Source: an uncultured delta proteobacterium
GTDB lineage: Bacteria > Myxococcota_A > Polyangia > Palsa-1104
DNA: 64,000 nt
Assembly: GCA_963785725.1 (NCBI GenBank)
Contig: CAWAWS010000005.1
Span: 96,001-160,000 of the forward strand
Direction: 5' to 3'
The notes beneath the pieces are model-generated. The model searched no databases and was not told the DNA's origin. It saw nothing but the letters and a program-made list of their open reading frames with translations. Below are positions 29,200-40,223 of the stretch, piece by piece. The translations under genes and the position numbers were made by a program. Each line of letters starts with the position of its first letter. The first letter of the stretch is position 1.

Positions 29200-29690
29200 T
29201 GGTTCACCAGCGCCAACAGCTGCGCCTCGAGCTTGGACTCGTCGCCGGGCTCGAAGCCGCCGTTGATGGCGCGCACGACGCCGCGCTTGTCGATGACATA
29301 GGACGACGGCATCTTCGGCGGCTCCCAGCGACCGACGATCTTCTTGCCGCCGTCGTTGATGACGGTCAGGCGGATGCCCTTGGCGCGCAGGAAATCCTCG
29401 GCGTTCTTGCGATCGTCGTCGATGTTGACGGCGACGATCTCGACGCCCTTTTGCTTCAGGCGCGGCGCCAGCTGCGACAACAGCGGCAGCTCCTTCTTGC
29501 ACGGCTCGCACCACGAGGCCCAGAAGTCGAGCAGCACCACCTTGCCGCGCAGCGACGACAGCTTGAGCGGCTGCTGGGTCAGCGTCGCCGACTCGAAGTC
29601 GGGCGCGGCCTGGCCCGGCTTGACCTCCGCGAACGCCGACAGTGGGCCAAAGAGCGCGACTACGAGGGCGAGCCTGGAAACGAGCTGCAT
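29196..29690 (-). CDS. TlpA-family periplasmic thiol:disulfide reductase
   Basis: Signal peptide, GKVVLLDFWASWCEPC, MPSSY.ID. Confidence 0.92.
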   Translation of the reverse strand: MQLVSRLALVVALFGPLSAFAEVKPGQAAPDFESATLTQQPLKLSSLRGKVVLLDFWASWCEPCKKELPLLSQLAPRLKQKGVEIVAVNIDDDRKNAEDFLRAKGIRLTVINDGGKKIVGRWEPPKMPSSYVIDKRGVVRAINGGFEPGDESKLEAQLLALVNQ

Positions 29691-29713
29691 GAATCCTCCT
29701 GCGCTGCGGCATT

Positions 29714-29729
29714 AGCAAGCCGGGCGCCA
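29714..29729 (-). promoter_or_regulatory. Sigma54 -24/-12 promoter
   Basis: Minus strand TGGCGCCCGGCTTGCT, upstream of the tlpA-dsbD pair (GGAGG RBS follows). Confidence 0.7.
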
Positions 29730-29949
29730 CGTGAGCTGGGCGTCGTCGCCGCCGTTTTACGACCGCGCGCGACCGCCGATCTCGCTGGCAACGCTGCCGA
29801 TCGCGCGGCTTGCAAACTCGGACGCGCAGCGCTGGGTGCGCAGTCACCGGGGCGCCCTGCCGCGCTCGCGCGACGACGAGGCGGGCGGCAGCCGTCGCCA
29901 CGCTGTTCGCGCGCTGCGCAACTGTTCGAATCCTGCGCAGCGACGAGAG

Positions 29950-30558
29950 CTACGGCGTGAGCGTCGTCAGCTGAAACGAGGTCGGCAGAGCAGCCAGCAC
30001 CGCGGGAACGAGCGCGCTGTTGTAGCCGTTGCCGAGGCGGATGCAGTCGTCGTCGCCGTCGACGACCGCCTGATCGAAGTCGACGCCGGCGAACCAAGCA
30101 GCGACGTCGATGGTGACGGCGAAATGGATGGTCTGACCGGCGGTGAGCTCGCGGCCGGACGACGCGCGCAGATCGGCCACCACGTCGTCGTCGTCGTCGC
30201 GATCGACGAGGTCGACGACCAGCGAACGGCCGCGCCACTCGCCGCTGACCTGGAGCGACTGGACGGAGAAGCGCAAGCGGCTGTAGACGCCTTGCGGCAG
30301 GCCATCCATCGTCAGCGGCGTCGCCGGCGTGAGCGCGTTCACGGCGACATCGGGCAGCATGTAGCCGGGCGCCGCCTGCACGTCGCCGAAGAGCGACAGA
30401 TCCTCGAGCACGAGCGCGGCGCTGTCGACGGTGAGCGGCCCCGACGGCAGCGGCTGCGTGGCGAACGCGACCGCGACCGACCCCGTGGACTGAGCCGGCG
30501 CCGACGCGCCACCGCCGCAGCCGGCGACCAGCAGCAGCAAAGTCCAGCACGACTTCAT
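29950..30558 (-). CDS. Hypothetical lipoprotein
   Basis: MKSCWTLLLLVAGC lipobox; acidic, beta-rich. Confidence 0.65.
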   Translation of the reverse strand: MKSCWTLLLLVAGCGGGASAPAQSTGSVAVAFATQPLPSGPLTVDSAALVLEDLSLFGDVQAAPGYMLPDVAVNALTPATPLTMDGLPQGVYSRLRFSVQSLQVSGEWRGRSLVVDLVDRDDDDDVVADLRASSGRELTAGQTIHFAVTIDVAAWFAGVDFDQAVVDGDDDCIRLGNGYNSALVPAVLAALPTSFQLTTLTP

Positions 30559-30571
30559 GGGGCACCCATGC

Positions 30572-30587
30572 AGCAACGGCAATGCCA
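30572..30587 (-). promoter_or_regulatory. Sigma54 -24/-12 promoter
   Basis: Minus strand TGGCATTGCCGTTGCT, 13 bp before the ATG at 30558. Confidence 0.7.
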
Positions 30588-30644
30588 AACGGAAGACGGC
30601 GCCGCGCGCGCTAAGTTCTGGCCAACTGCGCACGGATCGTACAG

Positions 30645-31997
<1,353 letters not shown>

Positions 31998-32006
<9 letters not shown>

Positions 32007-33383
32007 CGGCGTGTAGAGCTCGGCGCCGGGACCGCCACCGACGACCAGCACCGTGCCGTCGCACAGCGGCACGGCCACGTGCGAGGCGCGCGCCGTGCCG
32101 AGCGAGCGCTCGGACACGAAGCCGACGCCGGGCACGAACAGCTCCACCGACGACAGCGGCATCTGATTGCTGCCGACACCGCCGACCACGAGCACGCGTC
32201 CGTCGGGCAACAGCGTGGCCGAGTGGCGTCGCCGCGCGGTGCCGAGCGCGTAGGACGTCGTCTCGCGCGTGATCGGGTTGTAGACCTCGGCGTCGCCGGC
32301 GGGCGTGCGCGCGCTGTCGATGGCGCCGCCGACGACGAGGATGGTGCCGTCTTGCAAGAGCGTGGCGGTGGCGTCGGCGCGCGGCTGCCGCAAGGCGGAG
32401 ATCTCGCTCCACGCCGTCGGGCTGCCGTCGCCGTCGCTGTCGGGGACGAGCGCCTCGATCGACGCCGTCGGGCTGCCGGTCGCGTCGTAGCCGCCGATGA
32501 CCACCGCGATGCCGATGGCGACGACGGCGGCGTGATCGCGACGCGCCACGTTCATGGCCGGCCCGGCGTCGACGGTGGCCGTGCCGTCGTCCTGCACCTG
32601 CACGAGCGCCGCCGAAGCCAAGGGCGCGCCGCCCGAGACGGCGATGCCGCCGGTGACGAGCACGCGTCCGTCGGGCAGAACGACGGCGCGGTGGCCCATG
32701 CGCGGGCCGAGCAGATCGTTCTCGAAGGCGACGAAGCTGCCGTTGCTGGCGAGGTAGACCTCGGAGCTGCCGATGGGCGCGTGGCTGGCGTCGCTGCCGC
32801 CGACGACGAGCGCGCCGACGCCGGCCACCGGGACGAGCTGCGAGTTCTCGCGCGCCTGGTTGAGCGCCGGCGCCGCCAGCGTGAAGCGGCCCGTCGGCGG
32901 CGAGTAGAGCTCGGCGTTCGTCAGCGCCTGCTCGTTCAGCATGTCGATGCCGCCGGCCAAGAGGATGCTGCCGTCGGCGAGCGCCAGCACCAACGGATCG
33001 TCGCGCTGCTCGAGCGGCGCGCCCACGGTGGGGCCGAAGAAGTTGGTGGGGGCGAAGTAGATCGACGCGGTCTCGCCGCGGCCCTCGAAATCGAAGGGGC
33101 AGCTCTGTCCGCGCGCCTGCACGTCGCCCGACGCGGTCACGCCTTCCAGCGTCAGCACCGTGCGCGGGCCTTCGGTCACGCCGGAGAGCGACAGATAGCG
33201 CGCGCCGCCGGCGCTGAAGCGTCGCTGCGCCAGCACGTGGTCGTCGCGCTCGGCGCTCAGGTTGAGCGCCGAGACCGCGGCCAACAGCCGGCGATCGGCG
33301 GGCAGGCGGATGTCGAGCGCGACGTCGGGTTTCGGGCTGCACGCCGCGAAGGCCAAGGCGGCGCCGAGCCACGCGCGCTTCAT
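31998..33383 (-). CDS. Kelch-repeat lipoprotein
   Basis: FAAC lipobox; repeated R..H.A..L.DG.VLV.GG units. Confidence 0.88.
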
Positions 33384-34453
33384 CGCAGCGCTCCGATCGT
33401 GCCGCCGACGCTGGCGCCGTTCGGCTGTCCGTAGACGACGGCGATGGGCACGACGATCGCCGCGGTCGCCGCGCCCGCGGCAATGGTCCAGACCCACCAC
33501 GGCACATGCTTACGCCGCGGGGCTGCCCGCGCGACGGGCACGGGATCGAGGAGCTGATGCAAGGCCGCGTCGACCGCGCGCTCGGCCGAATCGGCGTCGA
33601 CGGCGGTATCGACCGTGCCGCCGCCGGGCGCGAGATCGTGGACGCGCAGTCGCCAGCCGGCGCCCTCACGCGTCACGGCGACGGTGAGCGCGCGGCCGCC
33701 GCCGGCCAGCGCCGTCAGCCGCTCGTCCGCCGGTCGCAGCGGCGTCAGCGACAGCGCCACCCGCTGCTGCGCCGTCGTGACGTCGATCGTGCCCGACCAG
33801 GGCGCGAGGCCTTCGTCGACGGCGCGGACGAAGTGGGTGCCCGGCGTCAGCGCCAGCGGGCCGTCGACGTCGCGGCCGTCGACGCGCACGTGGGCGACGG
33901 CGGGAGCGAGCGCGACGTTGACCGGCGCGACCGCCAGCGCCTCGGCCGCGGCGCGATGGTAGGCGGCGACCGCGCGTGGCGCGAAGCGCGCCGGATCGAG
34001 CACGCGCGCCGGCTCCAGCCGCGCCGCGCGCACGAAGTCGTCCCAAGCCGCATCCGCCGACCCGAGCTCGCTGCGCGCCAGCCCACGATAGAGGTAGACG
34101 TCGCTCAGCGATCGCGCGTCCAAGTCGCCACCGCCGGCCGCGCGCGCCGCTTCGGCCAGGGTCTCGAGGCGCGCCACCGCGTCGGCGAAGCGAAAGGCGC
34201 GATAATCGTCGAGCGCCGCCGCCAGCGCCGGCTGCAGCGACGCGACCACCGGCGCCGCGTCAGTGCCGTCGACGAAGACGGCGCCGCGCGCCGCCACGTT
34301 GCGCAACAGCGCGCCGCGCACGCGTCCGGGCGCGGCCGCGCTGCCGGCGCTGTACGGCTGCCAATAGACGACGTGAACGCGCGTCTCCGCGGCGACCGAA
34401 TGGGCGCCGGTCGCGACGACCACAGCGACGAAAAGTGGCGCGAGCCTCGACAC
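33380..34453 (-). CDS. Secreted TPR-like/PEGA-like protein with C-terminal TM
   Basis: Signal peptide, helical region, V.VDG...L.PG.H PEGA-like segment, PWWVW + TM. Confidence 0.65.
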   Translation of the reverse strand: MSRLAPLFVAVVVATGAHSVAAETRVHVVYWQPYSAGSAAAPGRVRGALLRNVAARGAVFVDGTDAAPVVASLQPALAAALDDYRAFRFADAVARLETLAEAARAAGGGDLDARSLSDVYLYRGLARSELGSADAAWDDFVRAARLEPARVLDPARFAPRAVAAYHRAAAEALAVAPVNVALAPAVAHVRVDGRDVDGPLALTPGTHFVRAVDEGLAPWSGTIDVTTAQQRVALSLTPLRPADERLTALAGGGRALTVAVTREGAGWRLRVHDLAPGGGTVDTAVDADSAERAVDAALHQLLDPVPVARAAPRRKHVPWWVWTIAAGAATAAIVVPIAVVYGQPNGASVGGTIGALR

Positions 34454-34467
34454 GGGCGGAGTGTATC

Positions 34468-35931
34468 ATGTGCCTCGTGGGAGTCCGTTTCGGCCGCTAC
34501 GATCTCGTGCGCAGGCTCGGACGCGGCGGTATGGCCGAAGTCTTCTTGGCCCGGCTGCGGGGTCCCGAGAACTTCGAGAAGCTCTTGGTCATCAAGCGCG
34601 TGCTGCCGTCGCGGAGCCAAGATCGTAAGTTCCTCGACCTGTTCTTCGAGGAGGCGCGCACGCAGGTCTCGCTGTCGCAGGGCAATCTCGTGCCCATCTT
34701 CGACTTCGGCCGCGTCGGCAACGTCTACTTCATCGCCATGGAGTACGTGGCCGGCGTCGATCTGGCGACGCTGCTGGCGGTCGAAAAGCGCGCCCAGCGC
34801 ACCTTGCCGCCGGCGGTCGTGGCGTACCTCGGCATCGAGCTGTGCCGCGGTCTCGCGTACGTCCATCGGCGCCGGCTCGTGCATCGCGACGTCACCCCGC
34901 GCAACGTGCTCTTGTCGCTCGACGGCGAGGTCAAGCTCTCCGATTTCGGCGTGGCGCTGGCGCCCGACAGCCCCGCCGCCGCGGGCGTGCGCGGCACGCT
35001 GGCCTACATGGCGCCGGAGCAGGCCGACGGCGAGCCCCTCGACGGCCGCGCCGACCTGTACGCGCTCGGCCTCGTGCTGATCGAAGCGGCGACGGGAGCT
35101 CGCGTGCGGCAGCCGGGCGACGCGGCGCCGCCGCCGGCCATCGACGGACCGCTCGGCGCCGTGCTGACCCGCGCCACGCAGCCGCGTGCCGTCGACCGCT
35201 TCGCCGACGCGGACGAGCTGATGGCGGCGCTGGAGCAGGCCTCGCGGCTGTTGCCGGCGACGGCCGAGGGGCCGGCGCGCCTGCTGGCGGCGCGCGTCGC
35301 CGACGCGGCGCCGGCCAACGCAGCGGCGGAGCTCGTCGACGTCGTGCCGACGCCCGGCCCCGAGACGTCGTTTCGCGAGGCGGCGACGGCGGACGACGCC
35401 GTGCGCGCGCTGCGCGGCGCCGCCACGCGCGATCGGCTGCGGCGTCGCCTGCTCGTCGGCCTGACGCTGCTGGCGCTGATCGCCGCCGCCGTTGCCGCGC
35501 CACGCGTCATCCGGCGACGGCGCCAGCCCCTACGACGAGCCGAGCAAACGATGACACCGGCCGCGACGAGCCCGGGCGCGACCGCTGCGAGCGTGCACCG
35601 GCCCGCGGTTCCCGCGCAGGAATCGCCGACGCCGACGCCAGCGGACGGCGCCGCGCCCGCGCCGGACGAGGCGAGGCGCGCCACGGCCGCGCGAAGCGTG
35701 CGTCCTCGTGCGGTTTCGACCGCGGAGCCCGGCGTCGTGCGACTGCGCTGCACGCCGTGGTGCTTCGTCTTCGTCGACGGCGTGCGGCGCGGTGATGATG
35801 GGCGCGAGCATGTGCTGCCGCTGAGCGCCGGTCACCACGTCGTCGCCGTGCAGCGGCTCGATGACCGACAGGAGCGCGCGGTCGAGGTTTCACCCGATCA
35901 TGCGCTCGACCTACGCTTCGACTTCGACTGA
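34468..35931 (+). CDS. Membrane Ser/Thr protein kinase (Pkn-type) with PEGA-like C-terminus
   Basis: LGRGGMAEV, VIKR, HRDVTPRN, DFG, YMAPEQ; TM helix; PWCFVFVDG. Confidence 0.93.
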   Translation: MCLVGVRFGRYDLVRRLGRGGMAEVFLARLRGPENFEKLLVIKRVLPSRSQDRKFLDLFFEEARTQVSLSQGNLVPIFDFGRVGNVYFIAMEYVAGVDLATLLAVEKRAQRTLPPAVVAYLGIELCRGLAYVHRRRLVHRDVTPRNVLLSLDGEVKLSDFGVALAPDSPAAAGVRGTLAYMAPEQADGEPLDGRADLYALGLVLIEAATGARVRQPGDAAPPPAIDGPLGAVLTRATQPRAVDRFADADELMAALEQASRLLPATAEGPARLLAARVADAAPANAAAELVDVVPTPGPETSFREAATADDAVRALRGAATRDRLRRRLLVGLTLLALIAAAVAAPRVIRRRRQPLRRAEQTMTPAATSPGATAASVHRPAVPAQESPTPTPADGAAPAPDEARRATAARSVRPRAVSTAEPGVVRLRCTPWCFVFVDGVRRGDDGREHVLPLSAGHHVVAVQRLDDRQERAVEVSPDHALDLRFDFD

Positions 35932-35980
35932 CGACCAACCTGGCACGCTCCTTTCATTCACGACGGGTCGCGGAGGGAAC

Positions 35981-36688
35981 ATGAAGACGATCGAGGAGCG
36001 AACGCGGCGGCGGTTCTTGCAGGAGGCGGTCGGCGTCGGGGCGGCGCTGGCGCTGGCGGCGCATCCGGCCGGCGTCAGCGCCAAGCCGAAGGACGACGAC
36101 GATGACGTGTCGCCGACTGAAGATCTGATGCGCGAGCACGGTGTGCTGCGGCGGCTGCTGCTGGTCTACGGCGAGGTCATCCGGCGCGTCGAGGCCAACC
36201 AGGAGGTCGCGGCGGATTCGGTGGCGCATTCGGCGCAGATCATCCGCGTCTTCATCGAGGACTATCACGAGCGCGACGAAGAGGAGTTCATCTTCCCGCG
36301 CTTCCAACGGGCGGGAAAGCTGACCGACCTCGTCGGCGTCTTGCTGCAGCAACACCAGGCCGGGCGCAAGCTGACGGCGACCATCGAGCGGCTGGCCACG
36401 GTGCCGGCGCTCAAGAGCGCGACCAGCCGGCACGAGCTGACCGACGCCATGCGCCAGTTCATTCGCATGTACGAGCCGCACGCCGCGCGTGAAGACACGG
36501 TCCTGTTTCCCGCGTTCGCCAAGCTCGTCGGCGACAAGGAGCTGCACAAGCTGCAGGAGACGTTCGAGCAGAAGGAGAAGGCGCTGCCGCTCGGCGACTT
36601 CGAGAAGATGGTCGCCGACGTGGCGGGCATCGAGAAGACGCTCGGCATCGACGACCTCGCTGCGTTTACGCCGGCCACGAAGCGCTGA
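35981..36688 (+). CDS. Tat-exported hemerythrin-like domain protein
   Basis: RRRFLQ twin-Arg motif; EH..LRR, HERDEE, QH, HAARED; GGAGG RBS. Confidence 0.85.
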   Translation: MKTIEERTRRRFLQEAVGVGAALALAAHPAGVSAKPKDDDDDVSPTEDLMREHGVLRRLLLVYGEVIRRVEANQEVAADSVAHSAQIIRVFIEDYHERDEEEFIFPRFQRAGKLTDLVGVLLQQHQAGRKLTATIERLATVPALKSATSRHELTDAMRQFIRMYEPHAAREDTVLFPAFAKLVGDKELHKLQETFEQKEKALPLGDFEKMVADVAGIEKTLGIDDLAAFTPATKR

Positions 36689-36777
36689 ACGTCAGCGCGC
36701 CGCGGCCACCTTCAATCCAGCTAACATCGAGCTGTGCTCGACCGAGGCGACGCTGCGCTTGGATCGCCGCCTCGATC

Positions 36778-36815
36778 GTGATATTACTAAATTGAAATAT
36801 GATGATTCGATATTG
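36778..36815. promoter_or_regulatory. AT-rich ars promoter/operator region
   Basis: GATATTACTAAATTGAAATATGATGATTCGATAT directly before arsR in a GC-rich background. Confidence 0.5.
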
Positions 36816-37192
36816 TGGAGACTGAGTTGGCCTACGCCGCTGTCGATACCGACGTCGCGCCTTTGTCGCGCATGTTTCGCGCGCTCGGCGACGACGTCCG
36901 CCTGCGCATCGTGGCGCTGCTCGCGCACGGCGAGCTCTGCGTCTGTCACATCGAGAAGGCGCTGCGCTTGACGCAGCCGAACGCGTCGCGGCAGCTCGGC
37001 ATCCTGCGCGCCGCCGGCCTCGTCGCGCGCGACCGGCGCGACAAGTGGGTCTACTACCGCTTGGCGTCGCAGGTCGATGCCGATTGTCGTCGCCATTTGA
37101 GATCGCTCGTGGCCTCGTTCGCCAAGCGCGACGTGCTGCGGGCGGACGTCGCGCGACTGGTGCGCGTCTGCGGGCCGGACGCATGCAAGTAG
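36815..37192 (+). CDS. arsR: ArsR/SmtB arsenic-responsive repressor
   Basis: FRALGD..RLRI, ELCVCHI, SRQL..LR.AGLV. Confidence 0.9.
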   Translation: METELAYAAVDTDVAPLSRMFRALGDDVRLRIVALLAHGELCVCHIEKALRLTQPNASRQLGILRAAGLVARDRRDKWVYYRLASQVDADCRRHLRSLVASFAKRDVLRADVARLVRVCGPDACK

Positions 37193-37587
37193 CGCTCGTC
37201 GTCTTCGCGTGCGTGCACAACGCGGGGCGCTCGCAGATGGCCGCCGCGTTCTTCAACAAGCTGGCCCGTCCGTCGTGCGCGCGCGCGGTTTCAGCGGGGA
37301 CGCGACCCGGTGCGCACGTTCATCCCGAGGTCATCGCCGTCATGCGGGACAAAGGCGTCGACCTCGTCGCCGCCGTCCCGCGGCAGCTGACGCCCGAGCT
37401 GGCGGCCGGCGCGCAGTGGCTCGTCACGATGGGCTGCGGCGAGCAGTGCCCGGTCGTGCCCGGCGCGCGCCGCGACGATTGGCCGATCGAAGATCCGAAG
37501 GGAAAGCCGCTCGATCGCGTGCGCGCGATTCGCGACGAGATCGAGGCGCGCGTGCGGCAGCTCGTCGTCGCCAACGGCTGGTCATGA
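37183..37587 (+). CDS. arsC: Arsenate reductase (LMW-PTP fold)
   Basis: CVHNAGRSQMA, MGCGEQCP, DWPIEDP. Confidence 0.9.
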   Translation: MQVALVVFACVHNAGRSQMAAAFFNKLARPSCARAVSAGTRPGAHVHPEVIAVMRDKGVDLVAAVPRQLTPELAAGAQWLVTMGCGEQCPVVPGARRDDWPIEDPKGKPLDRVRAIRDEIEARVRQLVVANGWS

Positions 37588-38643
37588 CGACATCGCCGAC
37601 CAGGCGGCTCTCCAGGCTCGATCGCTATCTGCCGCTCTGGATTTTCGCCGCGATGACGCTCGGCCTCGCGCTCGGGCGCATCTGCCCCGGCATCGGTCCG
37701 GCGCTCGATCGCGTCCGGCTCGACACGGTCTCCTTGCCGATCGCCATCGGCCTCTTGTGGATGATGTACCCGGTGCTGGCCAAGGTGAGCTACGGCAAGC
37801 TCGGCCGGCTGACGACGCGCGGCCCGCTCATCGGCACGTCTCTCGTGTTCAACTGGATCGTCGGACCGATCTTGATGTTCGCGCTCGCCTGGCTCTTTCT
37901 GCCCGACCTGCCGCACTACCGCAACGGCCTCATCCTCATCGGCCTGGCGCGCTGCATCGCGATGGTGCTGATCTGGAACATGCTGGCGTGCGGCTCGGGC
38001 GAGCTGGCGGCGGTGCTGGTGGCGCTCAACTCGATCTTTCAGATCGCGTTCTATTCGCTCTTGGGCTGGCTGTTCCTCACCGCGATCCCGCGCTGGCTTG
38101 GCTCGGATGCGCTGCAATTCCACGTCTCGATGGCGGCGATCGCCAAGAGTGTGGCCCTCTTCCTCGGCGTGCCGCTGGTGGCAGGCGCGCTGACGCGCTG
38201 GCTCTTGGTTCGACGTCGCGGCGAAGCTTGGTATGAGACGCGGTTCTTGCCACGCATCGGTCCGACGGCGCTGATCGGGCTCCTTTATACGATCGTCATC
38301 ATGTTCGCGATGCAGGGCGATCAGATCCTCGCCCACCCGCTCGACGTCGCTGCGCATCGCGCTGCCGCTCATCGTCTACTTCCTCGTCACGTTCGTGGCG
38401 GCGTTCCTGGTCAGCCGCAAGCTCGGCTTCTCCTACGAAGAGACCGCGGCGGTTTCCTTTACGGCCGCGGGCAACAACTTCGAGCTGGCGATCGCGGTCG
38501 CCGTCGGCCTCTTCGGCATCCGCTCGGGCGAGGCGCTGGCGGGGGTCGTCGGGCCGCTGATCGAGGTGCCGGCGCTCGTCGCGCTCGTCTATCTTTCGTT
38601 GTGGCTGCGCGACCGGCTGTACCGGACGCCGCGTGCGCGTTAG
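37584..38643 (+). CDS. acr3: Acr3 arsenite efflux pump (frameshift near 38350)
   Basis: LDRYLPLW, MMYPVLAKV, GLARCIAMV; after the shift, FTAAGNNFELAIAVA and GPLIEVP. Confidence 0.88.
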
Positions 38644-40223
38644 ACGGCCGGCTTCGCCGGCGCGCCATTCGTAATCGCGTCGATCAGCTGACGGACATCG
38701 ATTGGCTTGACCAAGTGCGCATCGAAGCCCACGTCGAGGGTGCGCTCGCGGTCGCTCGCCTGCCCGTAGCCCGTCAGGGCGATCAGCCGCGTCCGCAGGA
38801 GCGACGGTCGGGTGCGGATCTTCCGCGCGACCTCATACCCGTCCATGATGGGCAGGCCGATATCGAGCACGATCGCCGAGGGCTCGATGCGATCGAGCAG
38901 CGCCAGCGCCGACGGTCCGTCGTGCGCGACCTCGACCTCGTAGCCTTCCATGCGCACCACTTCGGCCAGCATCTCCACGCTGTCCTCGTTGTCGTCGACC
39001 AATAAGACGCGACCGCGTCGGACAGCCGGGTCGCGCGGTCGCGCGTCGGCGGCGACCCGCTTTTGTGCTTCGGTGACCTCCGCGGCGACGCGCGGCAAGC
39101 GAACCGTGAACTGACTGCCGCGCTCCTTGCCTTCGCTCTCCACCGCGACGGCGCCACCGTGCAGCTTGACGAGATTGCGCACGAGCGCGAGGCCGAGGCC
39201 GAGGCCGCCTTCGCTGCGCGCGAGCGGTCGTGAGCCTTGAACGAACAGGTCGAAGATGCGCGGCAACAGCTCGGCTTCGATGCCGATTCCGTTGTCGCGC
39301 ACGCGGATGACCGCGCTCTCGCCTTCCGCGTCGAGCGTCAGCGCGATGTCCCCGCCCGGATTCGTGTAGCGACAGGCGTTCGTCAAGAGGTTCGCCACGA
39401 CCTGCGCCAGCCGGGCTTCGTCGCCGTTGACGAAGATCGTACGCGGGAGCGCTTCGACCCGGAAATGATGGGCCCGATGCTCGAACATCGGGCTGGCCAT
39501 CTCGACCCCTTTGGCGACCACTTCCGCCAGGTCGAGCGTGCGGGTCTTGAGCTCGACCTTGCCGCGCGCGATCTTGGCCACGTCCAGCAGATCGTCGACC
39601 AGCCTGGTCAGATGGCTCACTTGACGCTCGATGATCGCGTATTCGCGGCTGGGTCGCCCATCGCCGCGGAGCTTGAGCAGCTGCAACGCCGTCACGATCG
39701 GCGCCAACGGGTTGCGCAGCTCGTGCCCGAGCATGGCCAAGAACTCGTCTTTGGCGCGATTGGCCGCTTCCAGCTGCGTCAGGATCCGTTCACGGTCGGC
39801 GAAGACCAACTCGCGCTCCGACTCCGCGCGACGACGCGCGCGACGGTTCTCGGCGGCGCGCAGCTCGCGCCGGATGATCGGCTCGAGCCGCGCCGGCGTC
39901 TCCTTCGAGACGAAGTCGTGCGCGCCCGCGCGCATCATCTCGACGGCGACATCATGACTGACCGCGCCCGACATCACCACGAACGGCAGATCGAGGTTGT
40001 GCTGGCGCAGGAGCTCGAGCGCGTGCGGCGCCTCGAAGCCCGGCACCAAATGGTCGGCGACGACGACGTCCCACTGCGCGCTCTGCAGCGCCGCGAGAAA
40101 CTCCGGCGCCGCCTGGACGCGCTGAATGTGCGCGTCGAACCCGGCGCGCCGGAGCTGCACGCGCAAGAGCTCGGCGTCGTCGTCCGAGTCTTCGATGTGG
40201 ATGACCCGCAGCGAGACGATCAC
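38640..40223 (-). CDS. Hybrid sensor kinase (REC-HisKA-HATPase-REC)
   Basis: HIEDS..D, HELRNPL, DNGIG, GLGLGL, LDIGLP.MDG. Confidence 0.9.
   Translation of the reverse strand: MIVSLRVIHIEDSDDDAELLRVQLRRAGFDAHIQRVQAAPEFLAALQSAQWDVVVADHLVPGFEAPHALELLRQHNLDLPFVVMSGAVSHDVAVEMMRAGAHDFVSKETPARLEPIIRRELRAAENRRARRRAESERELVFADRERILTQLEAANRAKDEFLAMLGHELRNPLAPIVTALQLLKLRGDGRPSREYAIIERQVSHLTRLVDDLLDVAKIARGKVELKTRTLDLAEVVAKGVEMASPMFEHRAHHFRVEALPRTIFVNGDEARLAQVVANLLTNACRYTNPGGDIALTLDAEGESAVIRVRDNGIGIEAELLPRIFDLFVQGSRPLARSEGGLGLGLALVRNLVKLHGGAVAVESEGKERGSQFTVRLPRVAAEVTEAQKRVAADARPRDPAVRRGRVLLVDDNEDSVEMLAEVVRMEGYEVEVAHDGPSALALLDRIEPSAIVLDIGLPIMDGYEVARKIRTRPSLLRTRLIALTGYGQASDRERTLDVGFDAHLVKPIDVRQLIDAITNGAPAKPAV

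Noticed and set aside
2552..30644. TGCGCA...ACAG motif as CRISPR or REP repeats
   Set aside because: One or two copies per site, degenerate and located upstream of genes; this fits a transcription-factor site better.
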